Origin: Candidatus Saccharimonadota bacterium
GTDB lineage: Bacteria > Patescibacteriota > Patescibacteriia > 2-12-FULL-60-25
Reading direction: 5' to 3'
Assembly: GCA_023898425.1 (NCBI GenBank)
Contig: CP060222.1
Location: 270,001-302,000, forward strand
DNA: 32,000 nt
The notes beneath the pieces are model-generated. The model was not told the DNA's origin. It saw only the letters and a list, made by a program, of their open reading frames with translations, and ran no database searches. Positions 24,380 through 32,000 of the stretch are shown piece after piece. Made by a program: the position numbers and the translations under genes. The number at the start of each line of letters is the position of its first letter. The stretch's first letter is position 1.

Positions 24380-25003
24380 ATGGTGAGCGCAAGTCTACAA
24401 AATGATCCGATGATCGATCCAAGATTCTTTACCTTCTTGGATTTGGTAAAACAGTTGAGACAAAAACAGGTGGCGCTTTTTTCTGCTGAGCTTACGCTCT
24501 TTGCAGACCCAAACCGAAACGATTTGCCGACAGAAGCTCTTGATGAGCTAAAGTATCATGACGATGAGTTTATCGAAGCTGTAAACATGGTTTGCAAGGC
24601 TTTGGAGAGCTTTTTTCGTGAGTGGCGCGAATGCGATCCTTCGCGCTTTGATAAGCTGAAAAATAGTTATGAATACGCGAATAAGCGGTTGCGTGATGTC
24701 GCTGATAGTGCGCTTGCGCGAATTAATGCGGCTACTGCTCAATATTTACACCAGGGTTTGGTAGCATTTGCAAATGAAGACGTCGAAGCAAGCGAAGACC
24801 AGCTCAATACCTTCTATCATGAGGTATCAGCGCTTTCGTTTTATGGCGACAGCATTCGTAAAACACTCGATGCTTTTCGTGCATTGCCAGAGTTACCATT
24901 TCAGCTAGGTGCTCTAAGCTACCAGGCATCGATTACAGCCATGATCATTGTTATTGTTGTATGTCTCGGAATCAGCCAATTTCCTACCATTCTTGGCTTG
25001 TGA
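24380..25003 (+). CDS. hypothetical protein with a C-terminal TM anchor (about 207 aa)
   Basis: Track ORF 24371..25003. An ATG at 24380 or a GTG at 24383 follows GGAGGG. The C-terminal helix is ITAMIIVIVVCLGISQFPTILGL. No recognisable domain. Confidence 0.6.
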   Translation: MVSASLQNDPMIDPRFFTFLDLVKQLRQKQVALFSAELTLFADPNRNDLPTEALDELKYHDDEFIEAVNMVCKALESFFREWRECDPSRFDKLKNSYEYANKRLRDVADSALARINAATAQYLHQGLVAFANEDVEASEDQLNTFYHEVSALSFYGDSIRKTLDAFRALPELPFQLGALSYQASITAMIIVIVVCLGISQFPTILGL

Positions 25004-25020
25004 TGAGCTACCTTCTTGAT

Positions 25021-25047
25021 ACACCTCCTTCTGGAGGTGTTTTGTTT
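25021..25047 (+). terminator. rho-independent terminator
   Basis: ACACCTCC-TTCT-GGAGGTGT followed by TTTGTTT. Confidence 0.75.
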
Positions 25048-25073
25048 ACAAGCGTTTACGCGTCTAGCACTAT
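25045..25073 (+). promoter_or_regulatory. candidate promoter TTTACA-17 nt-CACTAT, with the -10 ending 6 nt before the recJ ATG
   Basis: TTTACA at 25045-25050, CACTAT at 25068-25073, ATG at 25080. No Shine-Dalgarno sequence. Confidence 0.35.
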
Positions 25074-25079
25074 GGGTCC

Positions 25080-26804
25080 ATGACAAAACGCTGGCAATTG
25101 GCAGAACCTTGCACCGAAGATCTCGCAAAAATATTTCAGATTGCACAGATTCCCGCTACGCTTTTATGGAATCGTGGCATTCGTACCGCCGAAGAAGCGC
25201 AACAGTTTCTCTCGCCTTCGTTTGAGGAGCATCTCCATCATCCAAGTGTATTTCGTGATGCCGTTACCGCGGTTGAGCGTGTTTTTACGGCACTAAAAAA
25301 CGGTGAGCGTATTACCGTGCATGGTGACTATGATGCAGACGGTGTTACTGGCTCGACGTTGATATTGACGGTTTTATATCAAATCGCTGATCGGATGCAG
25401 GTGTCTCGTGATTTGATTGATTATTATATCCCGCATCGTGACAAAGAGGGCTATGGACTACAAATGGGTACGGTGCCTAAGCTTGTTGATCGTGGTACGT
25501 CACTTCTAATCACGGTTGATTGTGGTATTTCTTGTGTAGCAGAAATTGCACATGCAAAAGAGCAGGGGATTGATACGATTGTTTTAGATCATCACCAATT
25601 TGGTGATGCTTTACCGGATGGCTTGCTCATTCATCCGGGTTTACCAAACGAAACCTACCCCTTTAAGGATCTTGCTGCTGTGGGGGTTTCGTATAAATTT
25701 GCCTTATTATTGATTGATGAAGCTCGTAAACAAGGGCTAGAGATTGTCGAAGGATGGGAAAAGTGGTTATTGGATTTGGTCGCGATTGCAACGGTTACCG
25801 ACATGGTACCACTTCATGGAGAAAATCGTGTTCTCGAGACATTCGGCTTGCGTGTTTTAAATAAGACGCGTCGACCTGGATTTTTAGCGCTCTTTGAATC
25901 TGCTGGCTTGCAACAAGGTGCAATCACTTCAGAATCAGTGGGTTTTGCGATTGGTCCGCGTATTAATGCAGCGGGACGTATGGATCATGCTGAACTTGCC
26001 TTAAAGCTTTTACTTGCCGAGTCATTAGAAGAGGCAAAGATTTATGCAAAAGAACTAGAACGATGCAATCGCTTACGACAAGAGACAACGCGTCGCATGA
26101 TGGATGAGGCCGATAAAATGGTGGATACGTCGAAAGAAATAATTGTTCTATCGTCACCCGATTGGTCGCCAGCGCTTGTTGGTCTTGTCGCTGGACGGTA
26201 CTTAGAGTCTACCGGTAAACCTGTTATTGCTATTGGTAAACACGGTGATCAGTGGATTGGCTCAGGTCGTTCACCTTCACATTACGATATTACGGTAGCC
26301 GTAAGAGAAGCTGGCGAAGGACTTTTGACGCGCTCAGGTGGTCATGTACAGGCTTGTGGCTTTGCACTACATAGCAATGAGAATGTTCCGCTCTTTGCGC
26401 AAAAGCTCTACGAGCATGCAGCAGCAAATTTAACAGAAGAAGATGTGCGACCGATCCTTAATATTGATATGGAGCTTGATTTATCGAGTGTCACGATGCC
26501 GCTCATTGAGGCGGTCAATGCCCTTGAGCCATTTGGTATGGGCAATGCTGTTCCGGTATTTATGACAAAAAAATGCCTCGTTGTTTCTGCGGACGCTATT
26601 GGTCAAAAGAAAGACGTTTTGCGTATGCAGCTGCAAGATCAAAGCGGAGCAACACGAAAAGGGATTGGCTTTCGGCTTGGCACGCGCGTTGCGGAGTTCA
26701 CTCCCGGTTCGTGGGTGGATGTGGCATACTCTTTGTCAGCCAATGAGTGGAATGGCCGAGTAACAGCCGAGCTTAGAATCATTGACGTAAAACTATGCAA
26801 TTAA
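25080..26804 (+). CDS. recJ: single-stranded-DNA-specific exonuclease RecJ (DHH/DHHA1)
   Basis: DHH-family motifs HGDYDADGVTGS, ITVDCG, VLDHHQ, and DHHA1 GGHVQACG. Confidence 0.92.
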   Translation: MTKRWQLAEPCTEDLAKIFQIAQIPATLLWNRGIRTAEEAQQFLSPSFEEHLHHPSVFRDAVTAVERVFTALKNGERITVHGDYDADGVTGSTLILTVLYQIADRMQVSRDLIDYYIPHRDKEGYGLQMGTVPKLVDRGTSLLITVDCGISCVAEIAHAKEQGIDTIVLDHHQFGDALPDGLLIHPGLPNETYPFKDLAAVGVSYKFALLLIDEARKQGLEIVEGWEKWLLDLVAIATVTDMVPLHGENRVLETFGLRVLNKTRRPGFLALFESAGLQQGAITSESVGFAIGPRINAAGRMDHAELALKLLLAESLEEAKIYAKELERCNRLRQETTRRMMDEADKMVDTSKEIIVLSSPDWSPALVGLVAGRYLESTGKPVIAIGKHGDQWIGSGRSPSHYDITVAVREAGEGLLTRSGGHVQACGFALHSNENVPLFAQKLYEHAAANLTEEDVRPILNIDMELDLSSVTMPLIEAVNALEPFGMGNAVPVFMTKKCLVVSADAIGQKKDVLRMQLQDQSGATRKGIGFRLGTRVAEFTPGSWVDVAYSLSANEWNGRVTAELRIIDVKLCN

Positions 26805-27235
26805 TTGTCAGAACAGATGGGGGAGCACGTGGTAACCCTGGTCCAGCAGGATTTGGTGCGGTTATCGAAGACGCAAACGGAAAGGTTCTCGAAGAGCACG
26901 CCGTTTTTCTTGGACGCAAAACCAATAATCAAGCCGAATACGCAGGAGCGATTTTTGCTTTGCGGCGTGCGGGCGAGCTTGGCGCTACTGAGGTAACGCT
27001 CTATTCCGATAGTGAGCTTATGATTAAGCAGGCGAATGGTGAATACAAGGTAAAACATCCTAATGTTGTGCCGTTATTTCAGGATTTGTTTCGTGCAGAG
27101 CGGGTGATTGGTAAAGTAAAATATATTCATGTACGTCGCGAACAAAATAAACATGCCGACGCCCTTTCGAACAAAGCCATGGACGAAGGGATGGGAATCG
27201 TAAAACCTGCAGCTGTGGATGACGTGACCGGGTAA
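26795..27235 (+). CDS. rnhA: ribonuclease HI-like protein (RNase H type 1 fold)
   Basis: TDGGARGNPGPAGFG, NNQAEYAGAIFAL, LYSDSELMIKQ, NKHADALSN (the DEDD catalytic pattern). Overlaps the recJ stop by 10 nt. Confidence 0.85.
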   Translation: MQLIVRTDGGARGNPGPAGFGAVIEDANGKVLEEHAVFLGRKTNNQAEYAGAIFALRRAGELGATEVTLYSDSELMIKQANGEYKVKHPNVVPLFQDLFRAERVIGKVKYIHVRREQNKHADALSNKAMDEGMGIVKPAAVDDVTG

Positions 27236-27248
27236 TTTGTGGTAAAGT

Positions 27249-27279
27249 GAGACCCAACTATGGGTCTCTTTTCTTCTTC
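27249..27279 (+). promoter_or_regulatory. perfect 8-bp hairpin plus T-tract enclosing the pilM start codon (terminator/attenuator-like)
   Basis: GAGACCCA (27249-27256), loop ACTA, TGGGTCTC (27261-27268), then TTTTCTTCTTC. The ATG at 27260-27262 spans the loop/stem junction. TGgTAAAGT extended -10 at 27240-27248. Confidence 0.5.
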
Positions 27280-28330
27280 GCCGGCACAGACCGGATATCT
27301 CGGTATTGATATCGGCTATGGCGGTATTAAATTGGTCGAATTGAAGACCGAAAAAGGTCGTTCACGTCTTGTGACGTACTCATATGCAAACGTACCAATT
27401 GAAACATTAGAGCAGTCGCTTATTCACGATGTTCCAGGTACGGCCGAACTGATTAAGCAAATGGTAGCCAAAGCACGTGCAAGCTCGAAAAAAGTGATTG
27501 CCGCTTTGCCAATCTCTTCTGTTTTTTCTTCTGTTCTATCTGTGCCGACGGTAAACGAAAAAGAATTAAAAGAACTTGTCACCGCACAAGCGAAAAAACT
27601 TTTACCCTTGCCTATCGAAGAAGTATCACTTGATATTAAAGTGATTGATAAAACCGAGCCTAAAGAAGGTGAGGGTAAGCCAGCTACACGCGTACTTGTT
27701 ACGGCAGCGCCGAAAACGGTCGTTGCAAAGTATATCGAGATCTTTAAACAAACAGGCCTTGAGCTTATCTCATTAGAGACCGAGGCTTTTGCAGAGATCC
27801 GCTCACTTGTTGGCAAAGACCGTTCAACCATGATGCTTATTGATATTGGCGCTTTGCGTACCAATGTCTTGGTGGTAAAAAACGGCATTCCATTTATCAC
27901 GCGTTCTATTGCAACGGGTGGTAATACGATCACGCAAACCATTGCACGTACACTTGGTATTGCTCCTGAGCAAGCCGAGAGCATGAAGCGTGATATTAAG
28001 TCGATGCAAACCTTTGCGCCAACGGGTGATCTTACGCCGATTTTGAGTGTGCTTGCAAAGCCGATTTTAGATGAGATCAAGTACATTATTGGTGAGTATC
28101 AAAAACAATCGCCAAATGATCGCATTGAAAAAATGATTTTGACGGGTGGTTCTTCGTTATTGCCGCGTTTGCCAGAATTTTTGACGCAACAACTCAATAT
28201 CAATTGTTATTTGGGTAATCCTTGGGCTCGTATTATTTACCCACCAGAATTACGGCCGGTACTCGAAGAGCTGGGTCCACGTTTTGCTGTGACGGTAGGT
28301 TGCGCAATGCGAGATCAAGAAACGACATGA
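27260..28330 (+). CDS. pilM: type IV pilus assembly protein PilM (actin-like ATPase fold)
   Basis: N-terminal GIDIGYGGIKLVEL, later IDIGALRTNV and ILTGGSSLLP. Length and motif order are typical of PilM. Confidence 0.85.
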   Translation: MGLFSSSPAQTGYLGIDIGYGGIKLVELKTEKGRSRLVTYSYANVPIETLEQSLIHDVPGTAELIKQMVAKARASSKKVIAALPISSVFSSVLSVPTVNEKELKELVTAQAKKLLPLPIEEVSLDIKVIDKTEPKEGEGKPATRVLVTAAPKTVVAKYIEIFKQTGLELISLETEAFAEIRSLVGKDRSTMMLIDIGALRTNVLVVKNGIPFITRSIATGGNTITQTIARTLGIAPEQAESMKRDIKSMQTFAPTGDLTPILSVLAKPILDEIKYIIGEYQKQSPNDRIEKMILTGGSSLLPRLPEFLTQQLNINCYLGNPWARIIYPPELRPVLEELGPRFAVTVGCAMRDQETT

Positions 28331-29127
28331 GGACAATCGATCGACGTATGTTGGGGCATATGCAATCTAATGGACTACTTGATACACAGTCCTATGCTCT
28401 TGTCGTTGATTTATTGCAACAAGGATGTACGCTCGAGCAAGCACTCCTTGGTACGCGGTTTATACAAAAATCAGAGTTTATCGATGGGTTAACTGCTGTC
28501 GGCGTTTCACCTGAAGAGTATGTCATGGGCGATCAACGTAAGGTTCCTGCCACGAAGTTACGTTCGCTTAATACAGAAATCGAAGAGCTATTGCGTACGG
28601 CGAATGATCGTGATGCGTATGAGATCGTATTTATCCCAACGCAACAGACGGTGCGTATTGTCTATGGTGAATCCCATGAGGTTACCGAATTACCAATGAC
28701 TATTTACCCCGCGCTCGTAATGCGTTTACGTCGTTGGAGCAATAGACTAGGTTGGGAGGTAAGAGATTTTTCGACACATGCACATAATGGGATACGGTTG
28801 ATTCGTGCACAAAAGCGTTCGGCGTCCCACCCAGTAGAGCAATCAGAGGCAATAAATGCGCTCAAAACAGGAGTGGCTGGTTTATATGTTTTTATCCAAC
28901 CAGATGCATATATTTCAGAGCATTATCTCACAAAGTCTATTGATGGAAGAAATATCTTTCAGAAAACGGAGGATGACTTAAGTAGAGAAGATGCCTTGCA
29001 TGAAGCGTTATTTGGCGGTACGGTCCTCGTCTCAGTCACAAGTGCTAAACCTGCCTGGTGGCAAGTACTGGATGATACGGATATTCCTGTTTATCTACAT
29101 AATACGATATGGAAAAACCCCTCATAG
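28327..29127 (+). CDS. PilB/GspE-like protein lacking the ATPase core (N-terminal T2SSE_N-like helices plus the first part of the T2SSE domain, no Walker A)
   Basis: The ATG at 28327 overlaps the pilM stop (ATGA); the 28222 start in the track lies inside pilM. GLLDTQSYALVVDLLQQGCTLEQALL resembles the GspE/MshE N-domain. LLRTANDRDAYEIVFIPTQQTVRIVYGESHEVTELPMTIYPALVMRLRR parallels the ASDIHIEP...VRxRIDG...alisRiK segment. Where GPTGSGKT is expected, the sequence reads FIQPDAYISE. The protein ends about 60 aa later. Confidence 0.5.
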   Translation: MRTIDRRMLGHMQSNGLLDTQSYALVVDLLQQGCTLEQALLGTRFIQKSEFIDGLTAVGVSPEEYVMGDQRKVPATKLRSLNTEIEELLRTANDRDAYEIVFIPTQQTVRIVYGESHEVTELPMTIYPALVMRLRRWSNRLGWEVRDFSTHAHNGIRLIRAQKRSASHPVEQSEAINALKTGVAGLYVFIQPDAYISEHYLTKSIDGRNIFQKTEDDLSREDALHEALFGGTVLVSVTSAKPAWWQVLDDTDIPVYLHNTIWKNPS

Positions 29128-29486
29128 CCTTGATCGAGGACGATCGTTTCTACGCTTCCATTGTGATATCGCACCTTGAGTCATTAGGATATCGCGTTTT
29201 TCATGAGACAAATGGAGAAGACGGCTTGCGAAAAATCAAAGAAAAACAACCGCAGCTTGTGCTACTAGATATTGGTTTGCCTGCCATGGATGGTTTTCAG
29301 GTCTTACAAGAAATCCGCGACGATAGCGATACATTTATGATCCCCGTCTTTATTGTAACGCGCTTATGTGATCGTGAAGATGTTGCTCGAGCATTTGCGC
29401 TTGGAGCAAATCAATACCTTGTAAAACAACAGCATCCCATTGATGATCTTGTTCATCATATCGAGAGACAGTTGGCTGTGGTATAA
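29109..29486 (+). CDS. stand-alone response regulator receiver domain (CheY/PilH-like)
   Basis: Acidic pocket IEDD, phospho-acceptor LVLLDIGLPAMDG, conserved T (VTR) and K (YLVK). 125 aa with no output domain. Overlaps the upstream gene by 19 nt. Confidence 0.85.
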   Translation: MEKPLIALIEDDRFYASIVISHLESLGYRVFHETNGEDGLRKIKEKQPQLVLLDIGLPAMDGFQVLQEIRDDSDTFMIPVFIVTRLCDREDVARAFALGANQYLVKQQHPIDDLVHHIERQLAVV

Positions 29487-29495
29487 TCTTTTTAT

Positions 29496-29954
29496 ATGCG
29501 TTATCGACCTGCTTTTAATGCGCTTGAAGCCATTATTGTTGTTGCTGTGTTTGGACTCTTTGCCACACTTGCAACGCTTTCATTAAACAGTGCGCGTGCT
29601 AGTGCGCGTGATGCTCAACGTCTTTCTGATATTGGCACACTGCGTGCATCTCTCGGACAATACTGGTTAGAAAAAGCCACCTATCCCATTTCTGATAGTA
29701 TAGAACTTGGCAAACCAGGGAGTAATGCTGATATGTTAACAGCAAATGGCTTTATCGGTCGTCAAACCGTACAAGGCCCAACCTATCTTGATCGTGTGCC
29801 AACTCCACCAAAGAGCGGTGAGTATTACCGTTATCGTGGCGGCTCAAATGGCTATGCTATTCGCTTTAAGACAGAAACAAAAACAGAATTAGGCGAACCA
29901 AACGTGTATTACGCTCACGCTACTGGTATTGATGGCGAAGATACAGATCGCTAA
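29496..29954 (+). CDS. type IV pilin-like protein
   Basis: The N-terminus MRYRPA-FNALEAIIVVAVFGLFATLATLSLNSARASARDAQRLSDI matches the class III signal/pilin helix, with Glu at +5. Position -1 is Ala instead of Gly. Confidence 0.8.
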   Translation: MRYRPAFNALEAIIVVAVFGLFATLATLSLNSARASARDAQRLSDIGTLRASLGQYWLEKATYPISDSIELGKPGSNADMLTANGFIGRQTVQGPTYLDRVPTPPKSGEYYRYRGGSNGYAIRFKTETKTELGEPNVYYAHATGIDGEDTDR

Positions 29955-29971
29955 TAGCAAAGCTATTTTCG

Positions 29972-32000
<2,029 letters not shown>

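Noticed and set aside
27424-28086. 220-aa minus-strand ORF antisense to pilM. Similar long antisense ORFs lie inside lepA (22398..23415), the PspC gene (2052..2330), the 3364 gene (3509..3927), the 526-aa gene (16836..17150) and murJ (21122..21452).
   Set aside because: These are shadow ORFs opposite well-supported conserved genes. They have no independent start signals and their composition is low-complexity.
1156-28326. N-terminally extended starts given in the track: 1156 (TTG), 9433 (GTG), 11824, 11854 (GTG), 24371 (TTG) and 28222.
   Set aside because: The extensions lie in terminators, in upstream genes or in non-conserved sequence. Internal ATGs give canonical N-termini: the PadR helix, the PepA MQLRV start, a lipoprotein signal, an SD-preceded MHAKQ, and an ATGA overlap with pilM.
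28327-29127. Calling the pilM-downstream gene pilN or pilO on positional grounds.
   Set aside because: It has no N-terminal transmembrane helix, which PilN and PilO require. The sequence instead resembles the N-terminal parts of GspE/PilB.

Overview
The window is a densely packed 32-kb bacterial chromosomal segment. It holds about 40 protein genes and one tRNA, at roughly mid-40s % GC by eye. TGA, TAA and TAG all coincide with the ends of conserved proteins, so the standard genetic code applies. I found no CRISPR array, rRNA, transposase or integrase.

Most of the content is housekeeping: tRNA-Gln, PadR+PspC, an AI-2E transporter, PepA, Era, LepA, RecJ, RNase HI and a partial LigA. These are mixed with envelope and surface functions: lipoproteins, a membrane-anchored thermonuclease, VKOR, a GT2 glycosyltransferase, MurJ and a compact type IV pilus-like module. 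About a dozen ORFs are uncharacterised. The gene repertoire and small proteins resemble small-genome Patescibacteria/CPR-like bacteria; this is inference only.

Observations worth a second look:
1. At least 6 homopolymer-associated frameshifts lie between 15.4 and 20.9 kb, breaking five conserved genes (an RlmD-like methyltransferase, SpoU/TrmH, GT2, a Rieske protein and MurJ). The rest of the window is frameshift-free.
2. The pilM-to-peptidase module contains a truncated PilB/GspE-like protein with no Walker A motif, a lone receiver domain, a pilin with an Ala(-1) cleavage site and a minimal A24 peptidase.
3. A perfect 8-bp hairpin plus T-tract encloses the pilM start codon.
4. ligA carries an insertion of about 40 aa ending in a G-rich 21-bp tandem duplication (G-quadruplex-type motif, GGRGSG repeats).
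5. Two small GC-rich islets (about 18.0-18.3 kb and 24.1-24.3 kb) each carry an orphan mini-gene.
6. Extended -10 boxes recur 6-9 nt upstream of start codons, which suggests leaderless mRNAs, while other genes have strong Shine-Dalgarno sequences.

I could not tie any of these to a demonstrably new multi-gene system from sequence alone. The pilus-associated pseudo-ATPase module and the orphan islets are the best candidates.
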